Below are positions 39,857 to 48,319 of a DNA stretch of 64,000 nucleotides, one piece after another; position 1 is the first letter of the stretch; every line of letters starts with the position of its first letter. The position numbers and the translations under genes are program-made. The notes beneath the pieces were generated by a model. That model was not told where the DNA came from. It saw nothing but the letters and a program-made list of their open reading frames with translations, and did no database searches. Source of the DNA: Desulfobacterales bacterium (lineage in GTDB: Bacteria; Desulfobacterota; Desulfobacteria; Desulfobacterales; UBA2174); contig CAXXWC010000021.1 in assembly GCA_963668645.2 (NCBI GenBank), forward strand, positions 32,001-96,000, in the 5' to 3' direction.

Positions 39857-41791
39857 GTGTGCCGGGCACGGCACGTATTCTCAAGGGTGCGCTGAGCTTA
39901 CCCGATATCTGCGGCCTCAGCAAGTCCCAAGCCCAGCCAGGTGGAGGCGAAGGGCATAGCGGTATGGCAACCGGGCTTCCGGCGACGGGGTCTGGGAAGG
40001 AGGCCGCCCTGCTGCGGCAGGGTACCGCGAACGCACGGGGCGATGAACAAGAATCGAGTCAGGCGGTCTTGGTGGGACGAGCCTGCAACACAAGGCGAAG
40101 TCCTCTATCCATCATAGGCCAAGGACGTATACTCGGCGTTCACGTGCGGAAAGATGCGTGTTCACCCCGGGAGAGCTGCCTTGCCGTCCGTTTCGGCGGA
40201 CTGACCAAACCGTAAGGGGAGGCTACCGCGAGGCAGAAGTCAGCAGAGGGCATAGTAGCCGGTGGAAACGAGCCGGGCCTCCCAAATAAAGGGAGAAGAA
40301 TACCCGGAAGTCTCACCCCGACGAAGGCCCGAACGGTACCCAGCCGAATGGTTTGGGTAAATGATACTGACCAGTAGGAGGTGCGTACTTATGAACATAA
40401 GGCCTCAGCAGATGGAAATGTTCATAGCGTCGCAGATGTCCGAAAGTCTGGGAGGAAATGACCGGCTGCTGGAAATGATCCTTGACCGCCGGAATATGTT
40501 CATGGCCCTGAAACAGGTTTGTGCCAACAAGGGCGCTCCGGGCATTGACAAGATTACCGTCGATCAGATCGGAGTCTACCTGAGGCGGCACTGGCCGAAA
40601 ATCAGGGCGGCATTGCTCGATGGGAGCTACCAACCCTTGCCGGTGAGGCGAAAGGAGATCGACAAACCGGACGGCGGGGTTCGCCTGCTCGGGATTCCAA
40701 CCGTGCTGGACAGGGTCATCCAACAGGCCATTGCCCAGATGGTGGGGCAGATCTGGGATCCGATCTTTTCCGAGTTCAGCTATGGATTCAGACCTGGAAG
40801 ATCGGCCCACGATGCGCTCCTGCAGTCCAAGCAATACCTGCTGGATGGATATACCTACGTTGTCGACATGGATCTGTCGAAGTTCTTCGACCGGGTCAAC
40901 CACGACCGGCTGATGAGTCGGCTGGCGTCCAGGATGGCGGACAAACGTGTACTGAAGTTGATCCGCGGGTACCTGAACGCCGGAACGATGATCAACGGTG
41001 TGGTGATCTATACTGACGAAGGCACGCCCCAGGGCGGACCGCTGTCACCACTACTTTCCAATGTCGTCCTGGACGAACTGGATAAGGAATTGGAAGCCAG
41101 AGGGCACAAATTCGTCAGATACGCCGACGACTTCAGGATCTACTGCAAAAGCCTTAAAGCGGCCGAGCGGGTGTACGCGAGCATCACCAGGTTCTTGACC
41201 GTCAGACTCAGGCTCAAGGTAAACGAGGAGAAAAGCGCTGTCAGTCGTCCGTGGTTGCGCAAGTTCCTCGGATTTACGTTTTTCCACATGTACGGCCAGT
41301 CGAAAATCCGAATCCACGCCAAAACCACTGAGCGGTTCAAGCGTCGGGTCCGGGAACTGACGGACCGGAACTGTGGGAAAAGTCTGCACCAGGTTGTCAA
41401 AGAGCTGAACATGTACCTCAGAGGGTGGTGGAATTACTTCCGCCTCGCCGAAGCCAGGCACATCCTGAAAGCACTGAAAACCTGGACCATCAGGCGGCTT
41501 CGCTGTCTCGTCTGGAAACAGTGGAAGAACCCGAGAACCAAAGTACACAATCTCGAAAAGCTCGGTATCGACCACGCGCATGCCATGACCTGCGGGAATG
41601 CCCGCAAGAAACACTGGCGGATGAGCAAGGTCAAGTGGGGCGTCATCGCAATGCCGGAGCGCTATTTCATCGAAAAAGGATTATACCTTCCCGGAAATTA
41701 ACCTTCCTGATCAGCCGAACCGCCTTGGTACGCGATCCGTATGCCGGGTGGTGTGGGAGGGGGTGGCCGTGAGGTCACTCCCTATCCCGAT
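39857..41791 (+). mobile_element. Group IIC intron 1 (attC-inserted)
   Basis: 5' GTGTG at 39857; domain V GAACCGCC...GTGGTGT; domain VI ending CCCTATCCCGAT at 41791; internal RT ORF. Confidence 0.92.
40391..41701 (+). CDS. ltrA: Group II intron reverse transcriptase/maturase (no endonuclease domain)
   Basis: NKGAPGID, R.LGIPTVLDR, SYGFRPGRS, DLSKFFD, GTPQGGPLSPLL, RYADD, X domain GWWNYF; RBS AGGAGG before ATG 40391. Confidence 0.93.
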   Translation: MNIRPQQMEMFIASQMSESLGGNDRLLEMILDRRNMFMALKQVCANKGAPGIDKITVDQIGVYLRRHWPKIRAALLDGSYQPLPVRRKEIDKPDGGVRLLGIPTVLDRVIQQAIAQMVGQIWDPIFSEFSYGFRPGRSAHDALLQSKQYLLDGYTYVVDMDLSKFFDRVNHDRLMSRLASRMADKRVLKLIRGYLNAGTMINGVVIYTDEGTPQGGPLSPLLSNVVLDELDKELEARGHKFVRYADDFRIYCKSLKAAERVYASITRFLTVRLRLKVNEEKSAVSRPWLRKFLGFTFFHMYGQSKIRIHAKTTERFKRRVRELTDRNCGKSLHQVVKELNMYLRGWWNYFRLAEARHILKALKTWTIRRLRCLVWKQWKNPRTKVHNLEKLGIDHAHAMTCGNARKKHWRMSKVKWGVIAMPERYFIEKGLYLPGN

Positions 41792-41845
41792 AGGCAAATC
41801 ACTCTGCGTGATTGCCTCTTATCAGCGACGTACCATGTGTTTTTC

Positions 41846-42706
41846 CTACTTCCACGATGCGGCATGATCCTTCGCATATTGTTCGAATGTTGTAGCTGAT
41901 CGCCCCAGAACTGATTCAACATCGAGAGTAACAGATGCGCAGAGGCCCTCCCGCACTTTCCGATAAAAGTCTGTCCAGCGATCGATGAGATCCCTTGCGA
42001 CCCCGGCTTTGTTCAAAGCAGCGCAGGCAACCTCTTCGGTCAGTGGTACATAATTAATCATCTTATTTGCTGCATGAGACAATATACCAACGACTTCGTA
42101 GTGGTCTAAAGCTTCTCCGCCGGTTAGCGTATAGGCCTTGCCAGTGTGGCTTGGCTCGGTCAATGCGGCTAAACCAACTGCTGCGATATCCCGTATGTCA
42201 ATGAATGAAAGCTTCGCATCAGAAGCAGGAAGATGTAATCCCCCGGTGGCGCTAATGTCTGCCAGCATCGGCCCGGAATTAAAATTCTGCATAAACCAAT
42301 TCGGTCGCAAGTGTACGTAAGGTATCCCTGACGCCTCGACGTACTTCTCTAATATTCGCAATGTAAAAGAATCGTCTTGTTCAACCCCCATAGCAGTGAG
42401 GTTCACGATCAATCGCACGCCTTCTTTTTTCGCCAAATCGATAAATGGCATCGCTACTTTGTCCGCATGGTTATCGCCCGGACGAGCTATAAGAAACACT
42501 TTAGTGACACCTTTAAGTGCAGGAGCAAATGTTTCTGGCCGATCGAAATCAAATTCGACGACTTCTGCAAAACGAGGCAGTTTCTCTGAAGCTGCGGACG
42601 GACTCCGTGTCGCAGCTCGTACAATCTCCTCGTTCTCCGTTAACAGCCTTACAAGTTCCCCGCCTACCTTGCCTGTAGCGCCAGTGATAAGAATCTTTTG
42701 AGGCAT
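41846..42706 (-). CDS. NmrA-like/atypical SDR NAD(P)H oxidoreductase; gene cassette
   Basis: ILITGATGKVG, HLRPNWFMQN, FID.RDIA, YTLTG.EAL; RBS AGGAG. Confidence 0.9.
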   Translation of the reverse strand: MPQKILITGATGKVGGELVRLLTENEEIVRAATRSPSAASEKLPRFAEVVEFDFDRPETFAPALKGVTKVFLIARPGDNHADKVAMPFIDLAKKEGVRLIVNLTAMGVEQDDSFTLRILEKYVEASGIPYVHLRPNWFMQNFNSGPMLADISATGGLHLPASDAKLSFIDIRDIAAVGLAALTEPSHTGKAYTLTGGEALDHYEVVGILSHAANKMINYVPLTEEVACAALNKAGVARDLIDRWTDFYRKVREGLCASVTLDVESVLGRSATTFEQYAKDHAASWK

Positions 42707-42809
42707 AGACTCTCCTTTGATCGTTTCTTGTTACTGCCTAACCGGCTCTGCGGCAGGCAAAAGTGGGGGCGAAGCCGGAGCTTTTGCCTGTCCGACAGCA
42801 GCCGATTGT

Positions 42810-44673
42810 GTGCGCCCAGCATGGGCGCGTTGTAAATGGGGTGAAAGTCCCCTGTAGGAGGACCGATCATGGAAACATGAAGCAACTACCACCAGAAGCC
42901 AACTCCGGAAGGGTAACCGACCGGGGGGAGGAAGGCTATGGGAAATCGGTGGGCCGATGGACAAGAACCGCATAGTAAGGCCGACGCGATACGGCGAGCT
43001 GGCACAACACAGCGAAGCCGCCCGGTCCAGTCGCGGAGGTAAATGCGGCGGTCGTGCCGAGAAGCAACGCGCTCTTACCTGGGGAGACCCTACCGGGGCA
43101 GCCGGGCAGGGAGTCAGCAGAGGCCATAGTACCGGGCAGCGAGCCGGGGGCTGAAAGAGGCCCGTATAAACGAAGATACCGGAAGACTCGATGTCGGGAA
43201 GGGCCGAACCGAACGGGAACGATCCGACCGCGTGGCGGACATCGCAGCCACTGACGCCGGCAGGCCAGGCCGCGGTGAGTGCCGTCGCGACGGGAAGCAT
43301 GGGAGCGTTCAGGAGCAGACCATGATGGAGCAAGTTCTGGAGTCGGAGAACCTGAAGGCGGCTTGGCGACGAGTCAAAGCCAACGCGGGGGCAGCGGGAA
43401 TGGACGGGATGAGCGTCAAAGACTTCCCGGCATTTGCCCGCGAACACTGGCCCAGGATACGCACCGCGCTCATGAAGGGGATGTACCGGCCGGCGCCCGT
43501 GCGCCGGGTGTTCATCTCCAAACCCGACGGGTCGCAACGCCCGCTGGGAGTGCCGACCGTACTGGATCGCGTGATCCAGCAGGCGCTGGCACAGGTGCTG
43601 ACGCCGCTGTTCGATGGCGGGTTCAGCAACCACAGCTATGGCTTCCGCGAAGGGCGCAACGCCCATCAGGCGGTGCGGGAAGTGGAGGCCGGCTGGCAGG
43701 AGGGACGCCGCTTTGCGGTGGACTGTGACCTGAAATCCTTCTTCGACACCGTGGCCCACGACCGGCTGATGGGGCAGTTGCGCGAGAAGGTCCGGGACCC
43801 GCTGGTTCTGGGCCTGATCCGTCGCTACCTGACCGCCGGGGTGGTCTTGCCGGAAGGCACCCGGGAGCCTACGCCTCAGGGGGTGCCGCAAGGCGGGCCG
43901 CTTTCGCCACTGCTGGCCAACATCACGCTCGACCCGCTGGACAAGGAACTCGAACGCCGAGGGCACCGGTTTGCCCGCTATGCCGACGATTTCCTGGTCA
44001 TGGTCAGGAGTCCGAAGGCGGCCGAGCGGGTGATGGCGAGTCTGATGCGGTTCGTCGAGGGACGGCTTCAGTTGGTGGTCAACCTGGCCAAGAGCAAGAC
44101 CGCACCGCTTCGGCAGTGTACCTTTCTGGGTTTCCAGATCGGCGCACGCGGTCGGGTGGTGTGGTCTGAAAAGGCCCTCGCGCGCTTCAAGCAACGGGTG
44201 CGTGAGATCACACGGCGCAACCGGGGACATCGGGTGCAGGACGTCATAGACGAGCTGCGCCTCTACGTCACCGGGTGGCTGAACTACTTTGGCATCAGCC
44301 ACACCTATAACCAGGTGGTGGCGCTGGCCGAGTGGATTCGCCGTAGAGTGCGGTTGTACTATTGGAAGCAATGGAAACGCCCCCGCACACGTCGCCGCCA
44401 CCTGCTCGCCCTGGGAATCCCCAAGGACGAGGTCCGGATGGCGACGCGCAGTCGAAAAGGGTACTGGCGGATGAGCCATAACAGCATCGTCCAACGGGCC
44501 TTGACCAACGACTGGCTCCATGCGCAAGGTGTCCCCGACATGCGCACGTCATGGATTGTTCTTCACTACGGGCCAAAAGCCCGGGTCTGATCGGAACCGC
44601 CGTATGCGGACCCGCACGTACGGTGGTGTGGCAGCCGGGGCTGACCTACTGGGTCAGTCTCCGGCGAGCCGAT
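42810..44673 (+). mobile_element. Group IIC intron 2 (attC-inserted)
   Basis: 5' GTGCG at 42810 after TTGT; class C domain V GAACCGCCGTATGCGGACCCGCACGTACGGTGGTGT; 3' end GAGCCGAT at 44673 followed by T. Confidence 0.93.
43322..44590 (+). CDS. ltrA: Group II intron reverse transcriptase/maturase (no endonuclease domain)
   Basis: NAGAAGMDG, RPLGVPTVLDR, SYGFREGR, DLKSFFD, GVPQGGPLSPLL, RYADD, GWLNYF; RBS AGGAG before ATG 43322. Confidence 0.93.
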   Translation: MMEQVLESENLKAAWRRVKANAGAAGMDGMSVKDFPAFAREHWPRIRTALMKGMYRPAPVRRVFISKPDGSQRPLGVPTVLDRVIQQALAQVLTPLFDGGFSNHSYGFREGRNAHQAVREVEAGWQEGRRFAVDCDLKSFFDTVAHDRLMGQLREKVRDPLVLGLIRRYLTAGVVLPEGTREPTPQGVPQGGPLSPLLANITLDPLDKELERRGHRFARYADDFLVMVRSPKAAERVMASLMRFVEGRLQLVVNLAKSKTAPLRQCTFLGFQIGARGRVVWSEKALARFKQRVREITRRNRGHRVQDVIDELRLYVTGWLNYFGISHTYNQVVALAEWIRRRVRLYYWKQWKRPRTRRRHLLALGIPKDEVRMATRSRKGYWRMSHNSIVQRALTNDWLHAQGVPDMRTSWIVLHYGPKARV

Positions 44674-44689
44674 TATGCGGCGCATGATG

Positions 44690-45565
44690 TTATTGGCCAT
44701 AGTATTTAGAGCTAAAACCTACTGATATTGGAGCCCCGTCATATTGGCAGGAAACTCCGACTTTTAGCCGTTTACGATGATCATAGTAAGTATGGAAGTA
44801 TGTTTGCTTTCGTATTAACTCAAGCTCAGAGAGCCCAATGCTCAATGCCCCAAGTATTGATTCAGAATCAAACTCTTTGGTCTGATAATGAGGCGCAGTT
44901 CTTTTTAGCTCCACGTCCACATAGTTTATAAAGTTTCCTTCTGCTTCCAGCAACATTTTGCACTCGTCATTTTCGACAACAATGTTCCCTGCATCATTGG
45001 CTTGAGCCCCAACAGCCTTTTCTGCTTTTTCTACTGACATACCCATGTATTGAAATGGACGATAAAACGGTGCACTCATAAGCGGAAGGTTATACGAAAT
45101 GGCCTTGTCAACTGCCGTGCTCAAATTATTAGGGCAAGACTCATCACTCATTGCGTTCTTATTGAATACAACTCCTATGGAATTCGTGAGGACCTTGAAA
45201 GACTCTAGGTATTTGCCTTCATCTGTAAAATCGCCGTAGAACTTCCCTACAAGGAAGCCTGGAGGTTCACATTCTTTAAGCATGATAGGCAGAACTTTGA
45301 TGGGCTTTCCGTTGATCTGGTAATTCATGGCGACATCAAGCTCATTAAGAACCCAAGGAGCATTGATAGAATTTGGAGACAGTATTACGGCAAAGTATTC
45401 AACGTTATCTATCCCGTCTCTAATTTTCTGGATTAAAGAGTTTCCAATTTTCATTTCAGCTTCATCTATCCAGCATTTGACGTTGTGGCCTTCCAAATCC
45501 CTCGCCAATTTCCTTACAAAAGGTTTATCGGCGTGATTATGACTCAAGAAAACACTGGTAATCAT
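44690..45565 (-). CDS. TIR-domain protein with uncharacterised C-terminal domain; gene cassette
   Basis: VFLSHNHADK.FVRKLA.DL, WIDE.E...G.SL, ILSPNS...PWVLNEL (catalytic Glu position); start ATG 45565 just after the cassette core GTTATGC. Confidence 0.88.
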   Translation of the reverse strand: MITSVFLSHNHADKPFVRKLARDLEGHNVKCWIDEAEMKIGNSLIQKIRDGIDNVEYFAVILSPNSINAPWVLNELDVAMNYQINGKPIKVLPIMLKECEPPGFLVGKFYGDFTDEGKYLESFKVLTNSIGVVFNKNAMSDESCPNNLSTAVDKAISYNLPLMSAPFYRPFQYMGMSVEKAEKAVGAQANDAGNIVVENDECKMLLEAEGNFINYVDVELKRTAPHYQTKEFDSESILGALSIGLSELELIRKQTYFHTYYDHRKRLKVGVSCQYDGAPISVGFSSKYYGQ

Positions 45566-45592
45566 TGAAGCTCTACTCCCTCTTGTCTTTTC

Positions 45593-45722
45593 GCATAACG
45601 GGGAGCTGAGGGGCCAGGCTTTTAAACCCAAAAACTCCCGATAAAAAGATAAATTTTCCTGAACCAGGGACTCCAGAAAGGCCGCGTAGTAAGCCTGGTC
45701 CCTCTCCAGCGTTTTGTTGTGC
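45593..45722 (-). repeat. Integron attC site (end of amidase cassette), intact
   Basis: Minus strand R'' GCACAAC ... R' GTTATGC; arms GCTGgAGaGGGaCCAGGCTT / AAGCCTGGCCCCTCAGC; about 130 bp. Confidence 0.85.
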
Positions 45723-45808
45723 AATATTTTCCTGTTTCAATCATGAATCCTGACCCATCAGCGGGCACACCAATATATTTTGGTGGGTTTAACCTTGCTA
45801 TGCATTGT

Positions 45809-47218
45809 CTAAACTTCACTTAGTATTGACCACGGTTTAGCTTCTTCCAACTCCAATGCAAGTTCTATCAACCGCTTCTCCTGTCCATAGGGGGCAGCAA
45901 ATTGTATTCCTACCGGCAAACCATTTTTGCACTGTCCAAGAGGAAGAGAAATGGCCGGTGCCCCGGCTAAATTATGATATGCTGTAAAAGGAATGAATTG
46001 TTTAAGTCTTTCAAAAGCAATATCAAAATCTATTTCTGTATCCAAATACCCCAGTTTGGGAGCAGAACCAGATGCGGTTAAAGAAAGAAGAATGTCGTAC
46101 TCATCAAACAGCGTCTCATACTGATGGGCAAATTTACGCAGGCGGCGTATAACAAAAGGGGTTTTTAATATATTTTTTCGGAAATAACGGTTCAAGCCAA
46201 GTGTAAATTTTTCAAGCTTGTTTTTGTCAATTGTACTTCCGACAATTTTTTCTCCAAAATGATAAAAAGAAAATGCCAATGCAGCCCAATATACGAAAAA
46301 ATCATTCATCACTTGCGGATGAAACGGAAACGGAATCTCTTCAACCCTATGACCAAGCGCCTCACAAATCCTTCCTGTTTCAATAACCTGATTAATACAG
46401 TCTGAATTTTTATAAGAATAACCAGAGGGGTTGCCTATTAGTCCTATACGAAACCGTTGTTTTCCCGGATGAGAGATTAAACCTATTCTCGGCAGTTTGG
46501 GGTTAAGAAAATATTCTTCGGCAGCGGCATAAAATCCAGCAGTGTCACGAACAGTCCGACTTAAAATACCATGACAGACAATGTTTATCGGCATTTTGTC
46601 TGCTCCATCCCTGTTCGGCAGCCTACCCAAAGAAGGTTTGAGTCCTACTAACCCGCAACATGCGGCCGGGATACGCAGCGAACCGCCTCCATCATTTCCA
46701 TGAGCTATGGGGACGACCCCGGCAGCTACAAGCGCGGCAGAACCTCCGGAGGATCCTCCTACTGAATATCCAAGATTACATGGATTACATGTAGGCCCGT
46801 TGGCAAGCGGTTCCGTTGTCCCTGTCAACCCTAATTCCGGAAGGGTACTCTTCCCAAGGCATACAAAGCCCATCGCACTGTATTGTTGAACAAAACGGCT
46901 TGATTTATTTGCGGGCCTACTGGAAATGGCACGAGAGCCGAAAAGAGTAGGGATACCCTCGACATCATCAGTATCTTTGACAAATGAGGGGACACCTCTA
47001 AATGGGCCATCTTTTAATTTATCAACCTGATCGAGTGCTTGAGCAAAAGTTTCTGTAGCTACTGCATTAATAATCGGATTTACTTTTTGGGCTCGTGCAA
47101 TTGCGGCTTCAACAGCTTCAACGGGTTTTATTTCTCCAATCGAAATCAATTTCGCTAATTCGACACCATCCATTGTTCCCAATATGTCATCACAGTATGC
47201 GCTTGCTATTTGTCTCAT
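45809..47218 (-). CDS. Amidase signature family enzyme; gene cassette
   Basis: GVP..VKD, GGSSGGSAA, GNDGGGSLRIPA.CCG.VGLKPS, GLPVGIQ; AT-rich. Confidence 0.92.
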   Translation of the reverse strand: MRQIASAYCDDILGTMDGVELAKLISIGEIKPVEAVEAAIARAQKVNPIINAVATETFAQALDQVDKLKDGPFRGVPSFVKDTDDVEGIPTLFGSRAISSRPANKSSRFVQQYSAMGFVCLGKSTLPELGLTGTTEPLANGPTCNPCNLGYSVGGSSGGSAALVAAGVVPIAHGNDGGGSLRIPAACCGLVGLKPSLGRLPNRDGADKMPINIVCHGILSRTVRDTAGFYAAAEEYFLNPKLPRIGLISHPGKQRFRIGLIGNPSGYSYKNSDCINQVIETGRICEALGHRVEEIPFPFHPQVMNDFFVYWAALAFSFYHFGEKIVGSTIDKNKLEKFTLGLNRYFRKNILKTPFVIRRLRKFAHQYETLFDEYDILLSLTASGSAPKLGYLDTEIDFDIAFERLKQFIPFTAYHNLAGAPAISLPLGQCKNGLPVGIQFAAPYGQEKRLIELALELEEAKPWSILSEV

Positions 47219-47414
47219 AATTTTCCTATGTGAATCGGCCGTAAAATAAAAAATAACAACACTAATCGTAAATATTCGGGGTAGTGATTTTTGTTAATCC
47301 TCAAAAATCACAACTGAAATCATTAACATCATTTGGGAAGAGCTTACAATTTCTTTTTCTCAATTTACCACATAGTTGACCAACCACTTATGATTAAATA
47401 TTATTTTTTGAAGG

Positions 47415-47776
47415 TCATAGCACCTCCGGCAAAGCCGGAGGCTTGAATTTGTGAACCGCTCAAAGCGGTTGGTTCATGGGCCACCTCAAAGGTGGCAGGC
47501 TCTTTACTTGAAAATCGCCAATTGCTCGAACCAGCGGTCTTCCACCTCTTGGGGTCAGGACATATTCTTGGATCGCCTGCTCACCTCGGCCCACATTCGA
47601 GACATGATACCCACGAGCCCAGAAATTCAGACCGGTGGAGTACCTGACGCTTTTCCATGAAAGCCTCTCCTTTATAAAATTGAGCGGTTTATATCTGAAG
47701 GGCTTTCATCTGTTCCCGTAAATGTCAAACACTGCTGAGTCCCCCGGCAGAGCCGGGGGTTTACCTAAGGGCAATT
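47415..47776 (-). mobile_element. Internally deleted IS200/IS605-family element (tnpA remnant); ends approximate
   Basis: Terminal hairpins CCTCCGGC-aaa-GCCGGAGG (47423-47441) and CCCCCGGC-aga-GCCGGGGG (47741-47759); minus-strand remnant FWARGYHVSNVG...QEVEDR..QLAIFK*. Confidence 0.85.
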
Positions 47777-47851
47777 ATCCAGCCCCATATATTTTGTCTG
47801 TCTTGAAAAGCCAAAGTCTATTTCATTAGAGATTATCCGTCCCGTTTCAAA

Positions 47852-48000
47852 GCACAACAGTTGTGTTAGATGGAAAAATTTCCTGATATTACCCCTATAG
47901 GATGCCAATTCTTCCACCTAACAATACGAATAACATAACAAATATGGAAAAATGGTTCGAAAATTTTCCATGTGTTGATTTTTCATAACATCTAATATTA
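47852..48000 (-). promoter_or_regulatory. Integron attI-like site and promoter region
   Basis: Minus strand ...CATCTAACACAACT-GTTGTGC; the core GTTGTGC is the exact complement of the amidase attC R'' GCACAAC; lies directly before the intI relic. Confidence 0.75.
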
Positions 48001-48010
48001 GGAGGTAAAC

Positions 48011-48106
48011 ATGGAAAACGGAGACACCTCTGCCCCTGACCAGATCCCCAAACTCATTGACTGAATTCGTTAGGCCCCGTCCTAAACCCATTACGCGTGC
48101 AGTACC
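48011..48106 (+). pseudogene. intI: Decayed 5' remnant of integron integrase
   Basis: RBS GGAGG then MENGDTSAPDQIPKLID*IR*APS*THYACST, resembling the IntI N-terminus PKLLD(R/Q)VR.A.R..HYS..T; divergent from the cassettes. Confidence 0.65.
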
Positions 48107-48319
48107 GGTTCCTGCTGGACCTTTACAACGTATTAAAAAGGCGCAGCAGAAGCTGATTGCTTGTTTTTGAAGCTGCTATAAATACCGACCTTCGAGCGGG
48201 GCCGTAATTCCCCTGGATAGACTAACTTAGCAAATTCCGCTGGTATATCTGTCATAGACACATAAGCAAAAAGATCAATCCGATTCAAGTGAAAATTTAA
48301 TCAAAGAACTTACCACCTA

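Larger units (their letters stand above)
39800..41795 (-). repeat. Integron attC site (end of SDR cassette) split by group II intron 1
   Basis: Rejoining 39800-39856 with 41792-41795 gives minus strand GCCTAAC-CACGCTCATCCAGGCGGACGCGGCGGAGCCGCGCCGCTGATGCCCGA-GTTAATG, a hairpin with three extrahelical bases. Confidence 0.85.
42736..44678 (-). repeat. Integron attC site (end of TIR cassette) split by group II intron 2
   Basis: Rejoining 42736-42809 with 44674-44678 gives minus strand GCATAAC-AATCGGCTGCTGTCGGACAGGCAAAAG...CTTTTGCCTGCCGCAGAGCCG-GTTAGGC. Confidence 0.9.

Noticed and set aside
42731..44527. 598-aa minus-strand ORF
   Set aside because: Antisense shadow of the GC-rich intron 2 RT; no recognisable motifs
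40391..44590. The two RTs as retron, DGR or defence-associated RTs partnered with the TIR or SDR genes
   Set aside because: Both have maturase X domains and sit inside complete group II ribozymes (GUGYG start, domains V/VI, AY end); adjacency is explained by attC targeting
45566..45724. N-terminal extension of the TIR ORF to 45724
   Set aside because: It runs through the attC hairpin; the TIR fold starts at ATG 45565
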